From Eledone cirrhosa (Eukaryota): a stretch of DNA of 64,000 bases. The notes under the pieces are model-generated. The model saw nothing but the letters and a program-made list of their open reading frames with translations. It ran no database searches and was not told the DNA's origin. This document shows positions 32,209-45,486 of the stretch, piece by piece; position 1 is the stretch's first letter, and each line of letters begins with the position of its first letter. The position numbers were made by a program, and so were the translations under genes. The stretch spans positions 298,902,001 through 298,966,000 of the forward strand of contig OZ024740.1 of the NCBI GenBank assembly GCA_964016885.1, in the 5' to 3' direction.

Positions 32209-32853
32209 AAGGTAAATTTCTTTAAGTCGTTTGGAAGCCTCAACAATGCAGATGGGTAAATCTCCGGGTAACAAGATCCGGTGGTGGAGAGAGAGATGTA
32301 AGTGGGTGTACGTTGAGATGCATGGCGTGTATAAGACTGTAACGTGTAGAGAATGAAGGAACGAGCGTAAAGGATAAAAATAAAAATAACAACACGAGAA
32401 AGAGTTACCTTGGGAGAGATTTAATTGTCCCTATATATTTCGGATTCACATCCATCAACTGGTTTTTTTTTTCCTGGAGGGGGGGGGGGGGGGGGGGGGG
32501 GGGGTCCGGCAGACCCCCCCCCCCCCCCCCCCCCACCCCCCCACCGGAAAAAAAACCCCAGTCGATGGATGTGAATCCGAAATATATAGGGACAATTAAA
32601 TCTCTCCCAAGGTAACTCTTTCTCGTGTTGTTATTTTTATTTTTATCCTTTATGCTCGTTCCTTCATTCTCTACACGTTACAGTCTTATACACGCCACGC
32701 ATCTCAACGTACACCCACTTACATCTCTCTCTCCACCACCGGATCTTGTTACCCGGAGATTTACCCATCTGCATTGTCGAGGCTTCCAAACGACTTAAAG
32801 AAATTTACCTTATTATTCCACAATGCTTCAAGCAAACTTCAATACTCTCTTAT
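32209..32853 (+). mobile_element. Penelope-derived hairpin mini-element: ~255-bp inverted arms, 40-nt tail, 12-bp TSD
   Basis: 32207-32462 is the reverse complement of ~32558-32813. TSD aattatagatat at 32197-32208 and 32854-32865. A partial hammerhead (ggau-guga-aucc GAAA UAUA UA) lies next to the centre. Confidence 0.8.
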
Positions 32854-34649
32854 AATTATAGATATGCTTTAACAATAAGCACTGGCCCTATGAATCTTTG
32901 TGACAAATAAAAGTCTTGATGTGATTTTATCATATTTCAGCAAAGTTGATTCTTGTTTATATATAATATAATTACTTCCACTTGCTTTTGTATACTGTTA
33001 AACATTTTGCATGACACATCAAGGCAGAAGTGCCTTTTGTGAATACTTGCAAATCCAAGATTAAATAAATAGAATCTTGTGAAACTACAGATTTGCAAAT
33101 CAATTTACTGTTCAAGTAGACTTTGTTAGACCATACCATTATGGAGAAGACTTTCTTCTTTTTCACAAATTAGTTAGGGAGATGAGACAATATCCTTCTC
33201 TTTTGCAGGTATTGTTAGATTTATATGGTTGATATTCAAACTGATAATGAACAGAAAGGGAACTGGGGTGATGAAGTTTAGTACATTGCTTCATGGCTAA
33301 ACCAAACTGTTGCCTTTATTATCGATTCTTTAGCTCAAATTTTATTGGTGAAAGAAATGAGATTGTTTGATATATTTGCCTTGTTCAGAAACATTAATGA
33401 ATTAAGATAAGTGGATTGTCTTCAATTAGAAATCAAAACTGACTCAACAACTTAACTCCTGGGAAACATAGATTTTGTACTTTGGTACTGATCCAGAGAT
33501 TAGGATTTTTTTTATTATGTAATAGAAAAACTTTCTAGCAGGGTGTATAATAAAAGAGACCTATAGGAATTGGTGAACTTTAGATTAGGCGAATGAGCAT
33601 GAGTATGTAATTGAATAGATATACCAACATAGGTAGGTCCATAATAGAATACACAACATGCTGTGTAGTGTAAATGACCTACCAGAATTGATGTATAATA
33701 TAACAGACAAGCGAAATTGGCTGTTTAATGGAATTTAGCAGAGTGTGTGAATAAAACTGTGTGTAAATAACATCCACATATATCTGTCTGATGTATTTGA
33801 ATGAATATGTGTGTATGCATATGTATCTATGAGCAAATGTGTACATATATTTTATGTGTGTGTGTCTGTGCATGTTTGTCTCTGTCTGTGTGTGTATCTA
33901 TCTATCTATCTATATATATATATATACACACACACCCAATAAACAAAATTTATGACTTGGTTGTGATTTTGTCTGTAGCTATTTCTATTCTCTTAAAAGA
34001 AACTCATGAATGACATATAATCTTATTTTCCCTCTTTCATAATCTAAAGATTTATGTAATTTTCTTTTCTTATTTTTTATTTGAGCTTTAAATGTGTATT
34101 TATATACCTATCTCTATATATTATGCGTACATTTAGAGTCATAAATTGGTATAGAAGGATAAAATATCCTATACACCAGCAGTTCCTTATGTTGTATAAG
34201 GATTATCCAAGAATAACAAGAGACCAGGTAAACAAAAGCAATAACAAAGAAATTATGTAGTTTAGGGTGTGTATTTTATTTGGGTGTCTTTGGTTGAGGT
34301 GCCAAATGTAAATGCCATGGAAACAGAAGAAAACAAGAAATAGCAGCAGAATGTAGTTGCTATCACACAATCTTGAAAACATAGGGATAGATTAGATAAT
34401 GCAGTCATGGATGCCAATGAAAAGACATGATGGCCACAGCTGGAATGATATTCATCATAGGTCTGTTCGATGCAATTTGATCTGGTGCTTGATTTAATTT
34501 ATTGCTCAATTTGCAGCATTAAGAATAGTAAGCACTCTAAAACATTTAAGGCAAATGATATAATGATATGATAGTAGAGGAAATTAAGCATAATAGCTAG
34601 AATAAGGATAGGGTAGAAGATGTTTAGAGAGATACTACCACTGCTGATC

Positions 34650-35103
34650 ACAAAAGTTTCTCCCTACATACAAAAGGATGACTGTATGATGCCCCTGTGC
34701 TAAGTGTGATGCTACATGACAGGGAATCATGGACCAGAGTCATGCATTGACTGGAGAGAAGTGAGTAACATGATTCGTTGGAGCTGCAAGAGCTTGGATG
34801 AGGTGACAGAGAAGAGGAATCCAAGGTGGTGTGCAGGAGAGAAAACTGCATTGGTTTGGACATGTGATGCACATGGACAGTGATGGATGGATGAAGTGCC
34901 AGTAAATGCCAGTGGAAGGAAGCTGCAGTAGATGTAGACCAAGAAATACCTTGGTAGAGGTGGTGAAAGCTGATCTCAAATCACTGAGACTCACAGGGGT
35001 GATGACAAAGGATTGTGACATGTGGAGTGATGTCATGCTGAGAAAAACCTGTCCAATCCATGCAAGCATAGAAAAGCGGACGTAAAAACGATGATGATGA
35101 TGA
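34650..35103 (+). mobile_element. Degenerate RTE LINE 3' end with GAT tail (similar relics at 31370-31625, 42700-42880, 43697-44240, 54366-54817)
   Basis: RLYDAPVLSVMLH..ESW and WFGHVM motifs; tail gcaagcat.gaaaagcggacgtaaa(gat)n. Confidence 0.75.
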
Positions 35104-37014
35104 CACCTTATTGTGAGTTTTAAAAACTAACCTAAATTGAAGAAGAAATAATCTGAACAAGTAATCTGAAAATTGTCCACAGTGCAGTAAAAAATTTAAT
35201 GAGCTGCATTTCCTACAGATGTAACAAAAAAAAAAGGCTGTTTGGAGAGCCGGTACAATGCAGATAAAAATATGAAGATGGTACTGGAGTAAAAAGATGA
35301 CAAATGATAGAATAATGTTTTGTTTTTAGCCAATATATTGGGAAAACCTTTCTGAATATTCTATTATTTATTGTATTTTTCAGAATACTTCATGTTAACT
35401 AAAATATTTAATATATAATACCTGATGTCTGTTGATTCACTGGTCTGGTGTCATGTTTGACAACATATAGAGAGGGCGCGAGAAAGAATTTATGAGTGAG
35501 AAAGAAAAAATTCTATGATTTCAAGGAAGTATATGCATGTTCTGTGGTGTGGTAGGCAAAGAGTAAGAAAATAGAGAGGCAAAGGAACACTGTACTAGAG
35601 CATGGGCATGGAAGCTACCTGCTAAGCATTTGTATTAAGTTCCACTTAGTTTTCATTTTTTCTTTGTTCTTTTTGATTAATGGAATATTCTCTTTGGTCC
35701 CAAATAATAGGGGTGTAGGGGTAGAATAAGATGGGTGTGTGTGTGTTTTGAATAAGTGGGGGGGGGGGGAGGATCAGTAATTTTTTTAGGTTGTCTCCTT
35801 TGATCTTTTTAAAAAACCAGAATTAGTCGGGTTTTTTTACATATTGAGACCCCCAACCCCTATTTATTCTATAATGTATGGGATTTCTACTAATGTTTTT
35901 TTTTTGTCATGTATAATGTGTTTTTTTAATATCTAAAGAAAATTAATTGTGGAAATTATATATGAGTACATATAGTATATGAAATGTGTTGCGAAAATAT
36001 AGATGAGTGTCATGCCCAAAGCAAATATTTCTGTATAAAGAAGACATTTGATTATTGACTTTATAAACATAAGTATAAAATATATTAAATATATTTTTTT
36101 TAAATATTTGTTTGAAGAATAAGGTAGGTTTATGCAGTGCAGGGATAGCAGTGTGATGAAGTTTACTTTGGAAACAAGAGACTTTAGGTTTAGTTCCATT
36201 GCACAGCACTTTGGATTGAGTAATTTCTACTATAGCACTGGCTGACCAATACCTAGTGAGTGAATTTGTTAGATAGGAGATGTAAGAGAGCTTGATGTGT
36301 ATCTATGCATACATATATATATATAAAGAGAGAGTGTTTGTGTATATATATATACACAACAATGAGTGCTCCAGTTGATCTGATTAATGAAACAGCCAGC
36401 CCATGAAATTAACATACATGTGACTGAGCATTCCACAGATACGCATACCCTTAACATAGTTCTCAGGGAGATTCAACATGACATAGAATGTGACAAGGTT
36501 GACCCTTCAAAGTACAAGTACAACTCATTTTTGCCAGCTGAGTAGACTGGAGCAATGTGAAATAAAGTGTCTTGCTCAAGGACACAATGCACCACCGGGA
36601 ATCAAACTCACTACCTTATGACTGTGAGTTGAATACCCTAACTACAAAGCCACACACCTTTATGCATATATATATACGATGATGATGATGATTATATATA
36701 TACATATATATATATATATGTTTTAAAATTTTGTTTAATACGTGAAATTATTAATCTGACAAATGCACAGGTCATCCAGAGTGCTAAAAAATACCCACTG
36801 TTAGAACCTGAAGTTATCTCTACTAATTCAAAATTTAACAATTTTCATTAGGAACAGTAATATTCAAGGGTAAGAAATTGTCCAGACAAATTGTATCCAA
36901 ATACCATGCATGTATGTACATTCATATGGGTGCAATGACATAAGAAGATCTGAAAGTAGGCGAAAGAACTTACATATTTATATATATATATATATAAGTA
37001 GGCAGACCCAGAAA

Positions 37015-37640
37015 AACATGGGACGAGCTGATAAATTCCGACCTCACACGCTTACACCTCTCCAAGACAATGTCACTGGACCGAGACCTTTGGCGGTACT
37101 CAGTAATAGAGAAGACCCGCCTTACCTAAATACAAAGTAAAAACCTACTACAGTCAGTAGGCATCTCTATCAAAACACCCCCCGTCTCACCACCTCCACC
37201 CCATCCACACCGCCCCTTTCAATGTAAAGTTATGTTGGTCCCACAACATCCAGGCCGAAACAAATGAGATCGTGTAGGTGTCACGACAAAAAAACACACA
37301 GTCCACGCTGTAAATGTGGCCGTGTAGGCAACACGGTAAAAACCTCCCAGCCCCACACTGTAAATGTGGTTGGTGTTAGGAAGGGCATCCAGCTGTAGAA
37401 AACCCGCCAGACAGTCCACGCTGTAATGTGGCCGTGTAGGCAACACGGTAAAAACCTCCCAGCCCCACACTGTAAATGTGGTTGGTGTTAGGAATGGCAT
37501 CCAACTGTAGAAAACCCGCCAGACAGTCCTATGCGAGCAAGACAACCACTCTTGCCTCAAGTGGGAAAACCCCCGTCCAAACCCATGCAAGCGTGGAACA
37601 CGGACGCTAAACCTGATGATGATGATGATGAGGATGATGA

Positions 37641-37643
<3 letters not shown>
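37015..37643 (+). mobile_element. Young RTE LINE 3' end with two 112-113-bp 3' UTR units
   Basis: Nearly identical to the reverse complement of 13225-13525 and to 12372-13224. Ends in (GAT)n. Confidence 0.9.
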
Positions 37644-37683
<40 letters not shown>

Positions 37684-38546
37684 TAGATAGATAGATAGAT
37701 AGATAGATACATAGATATATTCATAGCAAATGTAGGAGTCCCAGATGCAGAAAAGAAGTGTAAACTGTTGATTGCTATAAATGATAGCTTAGAAAATCAA
37801 GTAAAATTCTCCTATGAATAGGAAAAAATATGTCAGTAGCTGCTACGAACAATCTAACTTCATATCTCAGATTCTGGCTAAGTGCTCTAACCATTGAGCT
37901 AAGGGACCTCTGACAATACTGCCATCTAAATTAGATAGTTAAATCAAAATATATGGGTTGGTGGGTGTATACACCAATCACTGCAAACATCATATTGTCA
38001 CAGTTTATAAAAGCCAGCAGTGGCATTTGTTTATGCACTTCATATATCGTGAAATGTAGTAGTTTTACTAGCATCGGTGGTACATACACTATATGAATCG
38101 GCATCAAGAAGAGCATATTTGAAGAAATGAAGAGTGTGTTAGAAGACAGACTATAAGAAACTCTAGAAATAAATTGAGTGGGCCAGGCATAAAGTATGTA
38201 GTAAATACTGTATATTTACACATACATACAGGCCATATACAGTAAAAGGTAAAGATTTAAAAGTATTAAGTTATAAAAAATATTTACGTGTAAATTTAAT
38301 TAAAGAGGCAGCTCCTAAATGCATAAATATATACACATATAAGTACTTATTTAATTGTACTTGTGTCAGTATTCATCCAGGATGGGTTGAACTGGCTCAA
38401 TTGAGGAAATTCATGGTGAAAGTTCATTTCAATGGAGTTTCTTCGGGTGATTGGTTCCACAAGCGGTGCCCGGCTGCAAGTATATGCACTTTATGATAGT
38501 GCAATCCAAGCATTTCATCAGTTATAGCACCAAGCTCCCACTTTCA

Positions 38547-39440
38547 CACACTGTAAATTTGGGTGTGGCTCCCAAACTAAGGCTCTGCTGTGAGCAGGGT
38601 ACAGCGCTGTCAACTAGCCTGTCCCTTCTCCTAACGATGCCTTCCAGTTACACACTGTAAATGTGGTTGCAGCTCCCAAACTATGGTTCCACTGTGAGCA
38701 GAGTATGGCATGGCCAACTGGCCTGTCTCTGCTCCTAACGGAACCATCTAGTTCCACACTGTATATGTGGTTGCAACTCGCAAACTCGTTCCACTGTGAG
38801 CAGGGTATGGCGAGGCCAACTGGCCTGTCCCTCCTCATAACAGTACCATCCAGAGCCACACTGTAAATGTTGTTGTGGCTTGCAAACTATGGTTCTGCTG
38901 TGAGCATGGCGCAGCATGACCAACTGGTCTGTCCCTCCTCATAATGGTGTCATCCAGCTCTACACTGTAAATAAGGCTGCAGCTCCCAAATTATGGTTCT
39001 TTAGTGAGCAGGGTATGGCGCGGCAAACTGGCCTGTTCCTCCTCATAGCAGTTCCATCCAGTTCCACACTGTAAATGTGGTTGCAGCTCCTAAACTATGG
39101 TTCTACTGTGAGCAGGGTATGGCCTAGCCAACTGGCCCGTCCCTCCTCATAATGGTGCCATCCCGTTCCACACAGTACATGTGGTTGCATCTCCCAAACT
39201 ATGGTTCTGCTGTGAGAAGGGTCCAGTGCAGTAAAACTCTTCATAAATGTGCCATCCAGTTCCACACTCTAAATGTAGTTGTTGTTAGGAAGGGCATCGA
39301 GCTGTAAAACTCTCGACCAAATTTACCATTCCATCTGAGCGAGGTATGGCATGGCCAATCTGGCCAGACTTATCTCATTATATGAACAACCCATCTAACC
39401 CATGCAAGCATGGAAAATAGACGTTAAATGATGATGATGA
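38547..39440 (+). repeat. Seven diverged ~104-bp tandem units followed by an RTE/SINE-type tail
   Basis: The cacactgtaaatgtggttgc motif recurs at 38547, 38651, 38755, 38857, 38961, 39065, 39169 and 39263. Confidence 0.85.
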
Positions 39441-39784
39441 TATATATATATATATATATATATATAAGGAGGCACATGCTCTAACCACTAACGGGTGATG
39501 TGTTGTTTCCTTGAGCAAGACACTTTATTTCACATTGCTCCAGTTTACTCAGCTATAGAAATGAGATGATAGGGACTGAGGTCCCTATCATTCCACTGCA
39601 AAGTGGTCGTGGAGGTGCCACGGCAAAAAAAGCACCCAGCACTCACTGTAAATGAGGTTGGTGTTAGGAAGGGCATCCAGCTGTAGAAATCAAGCCAGGA
39701 TCAGTTCCAGTCCCACCCTTGCAAGCAGGGAAAAGCGGACGTAAAATGATGATGATGATGATGATGATGATATATATAGATTTA

Positions 39785-39844
39785 TTCATTCTGACGAATG
39801 AAGACATATAAATATCTGCCTTCAAGAAACCACTGGTAAACGAA
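39785..39844 (+). ncRNA. Type I hammerhead motif in a short Penelope-type 3' remnant
   Basis: uucauu CUGACGA a-ugaag..cuuca-a GAAACC acu GGUA|aacgaa. One mismatch in stem I, predicted cut after 39838. Confidence 0.65.
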
Positions 39845-39940
39845 ATAATTATCTTATGTTGTTTATTACATAACTAATAAGCTCTGTAGCCTACATAGAG
39901 CACTCTCTTTTCCTGTACTCTCCTACAGAAATACTTCATT

Positions 39941-40005
<65 letters not shown>

Positions 40006-40370
40006 ATATATACACACACACATATACACACACACATATATATATGTGTATATATAAAACGACTGAAGACAGAATAGCGGAAAAAAGACACACACATAGG
40101 CATGACAAACACAAAAAATCATACACATATAACCAAATGAAGGCGTTGGTGCAAATGTAGGCAAAGACAAGATGGAGTAGAAGTTTAAAACCAGGAAAAA
40201 GAGGCGGCACAAAACAAAGTCATTGAAGAGGTCACAGAATGATTGACAAAAACATTTTGACAAATGAATGAATAACAGACAATAAATATAAAAGTGAAAA
40301 TTATATGGTGCGTTTGTTTCTTTTTATTAGCAATGTTGGCAATATGACCATCCCCAAATATAGATATAAC

Positions 40371-40439
<69 letters not shown>

Positions 40440-40483
40440 TATTTATAAAGAGAGAAGAACCAAGTTATACTTAAAACATCTTT

Positions 40484-40572
40484 AATTCTATATATGTTTC
40501 ACTGTAGAGAGATAGACCATACCATGCTACATACGAGATACCTGTCCATTGCTCTACATATCTTCAGGAATT
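40484..40572 (-). ncRNA. Slightly degenerate type I hammerhead motif
   Basis: Minus strand aauuc CUGAAGA ua-uguagag..cucuaca-gu GAAAC AUAU AUA|gaauu. C15.2-A16.2 is mismatched. Confidence 0.5.
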
Positions 40573-40796
40573 TAGATATTGTTTGAAGTTTCAAGTGTAT
40601 TACATCCAAGATATAACTCCATACTATAGATGAGGTTCATACCATATCATTTAATACATGTCAAATTACAAGTACAATCAAAAGCAACAGCAAAGCAGAA
40701 GTGGTATTAAAAACAGTATATCAAAATGTAGTACTTCCGTACATCCATACATTAACAGATATATGATTAAAAATTAGAAGCAATATTACATGAGAA

Positions 40797-41985
40797 TCAT
40801 CATCATCATCATCATCGTTTAATGTCTATCTTACACGCTAGCATGGGTTTAGACGGGAATTGTCTCACTTGAGGCAAGATTGGTTGTCTTGCTTGTATAG
40901 GACTGTCTGGCAGGTTTTCTACGGCTGGATGCCCTTCCTAACAGCAAACATGTTTACAGTGTGGACTGGGAGGTTTTTACCGTGTTACCTACACAGCCAC
41001 ATTACAGCATGGACTGTGTTTTTTTTTGTTATGACACCTACACGACCTCATTTATTTAGGACTGGATGTTGTGGTACCAACATAACTTTACAGAGAAAGA
41101 GGTGATGTAGATGGGGGTAGGGGTAGTGGGATGGCAGGTATTTTTGGTTAAGAGGTGCCTACTGACTGTAGGTTTCCCTTTGTACTTAGGCAAAGCGGGT
41201 CTTCTGTATTACTGCATAACGCCAAAGATCTCGGTCCAGTGACATTGTTTTAGAGAGGTGCAAGTGTGTAAGGTCAGAATTTATCAAATCGTCCCAGGTT
41301 TTTCTGGGTCTGCCTACTCCGTAGCTTCCATCTATTTTGATCGTCCTGCACTTTTTTATACAGCTGTTGTCTTTCATGCGCATCATGTGACCATACCAAC
41401 GTAGTCTTCTTTCGAGTAAACAGCATCAGATCCCTCTTATTCCTAATTTCTCACTTAGTTCATTTATGTTTTGTTGTTCGCATATTTACTATTACACATC
41501 CAACAGAGCATGCAAGCTTCGTTCCTCTCCAGTCTGCGCAGATCCTCTGCATACAATGCCATGTAACATTGCTGTTCGTATGCAGGCATCATACAATCTG
41601 CCTTTCATTTTTAGAGAGAAACCTTTAGTGGCCAATAGTGGTATAAACTCTCTGAACTTTTTCCAACCCGTTCTGACTCTGGCTACTGTACTTTCAGAAC
41701 ACCTTCCACCACTGCTGATTTTGTCACCCAGGTAACGGAAAGTGTCTACTATTTCTATAGAATATCTGGGCAATGGAAGGCGCTGGTATCCTGTGGGCAC
41801 TTACTACTACTTATTGCACCTGAGCACTGGCCACATATAAAATCTATGTTCTTAGTTAGCTTACCTGTGATCCCATTACATTTTTATGCACCTATACTTT
41901 GCATTTGTGACATAAAATGGAGTTTCTGCCTACTCCTTTCATACACACTGAGCATGGCCATTTCCCAGAAGGGACCAGTGCCCTA
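40797..41985 (-). mobile_element. RTE LINE 3' portion (PHD-like finger, thumb, single-unit 3' UTR, GAT tail)
   Basis: ORFs 41492-41800 and 41186-41386 contain FRYLGDKISSGG, GRLYDAC and GRPRKTW. Confidence 0.88.
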
Positions 41986-42891
41986 TATGTATGTATATTG
42001 AATAGAAAAAAAGAAAAAGTTTATGCATATAAAAATATATATAATAATTAAAAAAATGGAAAAGAAAGTTTATAATTTCATAAGAATCCTAGTTTAAAAA
42101 TATTTTTTCCTGTTAATTTGAGTTCCAACGATATAAACATCTCTAACAGGAGAAGAGAAATATGTGCTTTCTATATTACATTTCATATATTTCATATATT
42201 TATAATATAATACAATAAAATTAAATAAAAATAAATATACAAAGATGGATAATTATCCATCTATGCAATTCTGCAAAATAATTGTTTAATTATAATTAAA
42301 CAATTATTTTGCAGAATTGCATATATTTATATATTAGAATGTTCTCCAAATATATGTATAAACACATACATATAAAAACACAATTTTATAACTATTAGTA
42401 GGTGTCACAACCCTGACCTGTAAGGTGGTTGTGTAGGTGTCACATCAAAGAACACCCAGCCCACACTGTAAAGTGGTCATGTAGGTGTCACGTCAAAAAG
42501 CATCCAGTAGTTGGCGTTAGGAAGAGCACCCAGCTGTAGAAACCGAACCAAAATCAGTTCTGTATGAGCAAGATATGGTCACCTGACCTGGCCTCACAGC
42601 AGGACAACTCATCTAACCCATGCTAGCATGGAAAATGGACATTAATTGATGGTGATGATGATGATGATGATGTTTTATATATATATATATATATATATCG
42701 TCATCATCATCATTTTATGTCCGCTTTTCCCTGCTTGCAAGGGTTGGATGGGTCCTATTCAGCACAGCATCTCTCCACTTGTCACGGCCCTTCGTCATAT
42801 CTTCGGTGAGTTTCAGCGATCTGAGGTCTGCTCTCACCACCTCCTCCCATGTTTTACGTGGTCTACCTCTTCTGCGACTATAAATATACAC

Positions 42892-42925
<34 letters not shown>

Positions 42926-43543
42926 GTGTGTGTACATACTTATGTATGTATGGTCCTCCTACATACATATGTACAAATAAGCCTGAAATGTTCACACCCT
43001 CTCTGCCTTACCTATAAATGATTTATAGTATTTTATTTCTCTTGTAAAATATACAAATGATATTACACCAGTGAATCCACCGTTGACATAGTTGAGTCTC
43101 TATACCACCTCTTTATGCCTATCTTCATTCACAGAATTCCTCTCTATAGTTTCTCTCTCTCCTTCTCCCCCTCTCTCTTTCTCTCCTCCCTCTCTCTCTC
43201 CCTCTTTCACTTGTACACATACTTTCTCAATCTCTCTGTTTATCTGTCTTGCTCTCTCTCTCTTCCCCCTTTCTCTCCCCTGTATACATACTTTCTCAAT
43301 CTCTCTGTTTGTCTCTCTCTCTCTTCTTCCCTCTCTCTCGCTTCCACCCCCCCTCTATCTATCCCACTCTCTCTCACCTGTACACATACTTTCTCAATCT
43401 CTCTCTCTTTCTCTCACTCACTTTGCAATAAACATATTTAGGAATATTTCTATTGTGTATTGGTGTGTTTCCATCTACCACATGAATACAACATTGACAT
43501 ATGAATCATCTAAAACTCTTTACCTGCGTTTGTACTTGCATTC

Positions 43544-43592
<49 letters not shown>

Positions 43593-44579
43593 CTGGGGTG
43601 AATTTTGGATCTCATGAGTATGAAGGACTCTTACATTTTTGTCCATGCTGCATTCACACCACTCTTACACACTTATGAATATATATATATATATATCATC
43701 ATCATCATCATCGCCATTTAAAATCCATTTTTCCATGCCAGCATGGGTTAGGCGAGTTGTCCTGTTGTGGGCTGGATGCTTTTTGTTGTGTCACCACTGT
43801 AAACACTTTATAGTGTGGGCTGGGGAATTTGGTGAGAGAGGTGCGTGGGGATTTGGGAGGTGGGTATTTGGGTGTTTGTGAAGGTTTGGATGTGGAAGGT
43901 AAATGGAAGGGTGTAGAGGTGAAGGTGGTGCACACTGGATGTATGCTTGAGCCTGTGCTCATGGGAGGTGCATGGAAGGGAGTTGGATGGAGGCAAAGTT
44001 GGTGTATACTGTATGTGTGCTTCAGCCTGTACTCATGGCTAGTCGGGTCTTCTGTATTACTGCATAGTGTCATGGCCTTTGAAATGTGCAACGGTGCCAT
44101 GTCAACTTTTATCAATTCCTCTCAGATTTCCCACTCCATAGCTTCCATCAACTTTGAGCGCTCTGCACCTTTTTATTCAGCTGTCATCTTTCATACACAT
44201 CACATGCCCATACCAATGTAGTCTCCTCTCCTGCACACTACATCTTTTCCAAAGAATCCCTGTTCTTGAAAATCCCTTGGCCAATGATCTCCACCCCCAA
44301 ATCACCACCTTCCCCAACCACTAGCAAACATATAAATACAACAGTTTTACAAGAACAGTCGGCTTTCTTGGTGTTTTCTTTTGAATTAAACAGTTCTAGT
44401 CCTGTAGAAGTCATTTCTATATTAAACATGATATATATATATATATTTAGAGAGAGAGCAAAGGTAAAAATATATATACAAAACTCAAATGTATGTAGTG
44501 AATTATACATGATAGTATATAATTGCCAAGTAGTTTCAGAAATAGCTCAATCTGTTTATATATTGGTCTGAAGAAAAGA

Positions 44580-45144
44580 TTGACTTTTTAGGTAGAAAAA
44601 GTAGGAAAGGCAGACATAATCACAGAGCAAAAATAATCAAATATATAGATGGAAAAATTAGCTTTTAAATCATTTTTAATTCCTTACACATGTTTCAAGA
44701 GAGTTGTACATCAAAGTATTTGAATAATGTTAGATGAAAATGCATATAATCAAGATCTATACATACAAAATGATATATACTTTCACTTCTCTATCTTCAG
44801 AAGATTACAAAAATATATTAAATTGAAGCAGAATATATCTGAAATTCAAAGCTCACCTTACACATATGTATTTTTAGTCATTTACTATGCCAATGGATTG
44901 ACTTAAGATGTCCAACATCCTGTGTAAGGTGGGAATTAAATTTCGCATATATTCTGCTTCAATTTAATATATTTTTTAAAATCCTCTGAAGGTGGAGAAG
45001 TACAAATACCTATATTATTTTGTATGTATAGGTTTTGATTATACAAATTTTCACCTAACATGATTCTAATAATTTGATGTACAAGTTTCTTGAAACGTGT
45101 AACGGATTAAAAATGATTTAAAAGCTAATTTTTCAATCTATATA
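44580..45144 (-). mobile_element. Older Penelope-derived hairpin mini-element with a long-stem-II hammerhead in each arm
   Basis: 44642-44865 and 44921-45144 are diverged inverted arms. Minus 44681-44804 reads CUGAAGA uagagaag..~100 nt..cucucuu GAAAC AUGU GUA. The plus copy at 44982-45105 is degenerate. Confidence 0.65.
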
Positions 45145-45430
45145 GTGGTTAGGGCATTGGGCTTGCAATTGAGAGGTTGTGAATTTGATTCTCGAACCAG
45201 GTGATGCATAGTGTCCTTGAGCACGACACTTTATTTCACTGTATTGGCCATTGCCTTTCTGTTGGACAACATCGATGGCATGGAGAAGGGAGACTGGTAT
45301 ACATGGGTGACTGCTGGTCTTCCACAAACAAACATTGCCCAGTCTTGTGCCTCTGAGAGAAACCTTTTTGGTGTAAAATCATGGTTATTAGTGACCGATG
45401 CAATCCCTTTATATATATATATAATATATA

Positions 45431-45462
<32 letters not shown>

Positions 45463-45486
45463 ATATATTTAATATATATATATTTA

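Noticed and set aside
32463-32557. PolyG/polyC centre as a G-quadruplex or regulatory element
   Set aside because: It sits at the apex of a long palindrome where sequencing is unreliable, so it is probably partly artefactual.
33209-33290. Possible upstream PNPT1 exon after ttttgcag
   Set aside because: The translation does not resemble the KH-domain segment expected before the S1 exon, and there is no convincing donor site.
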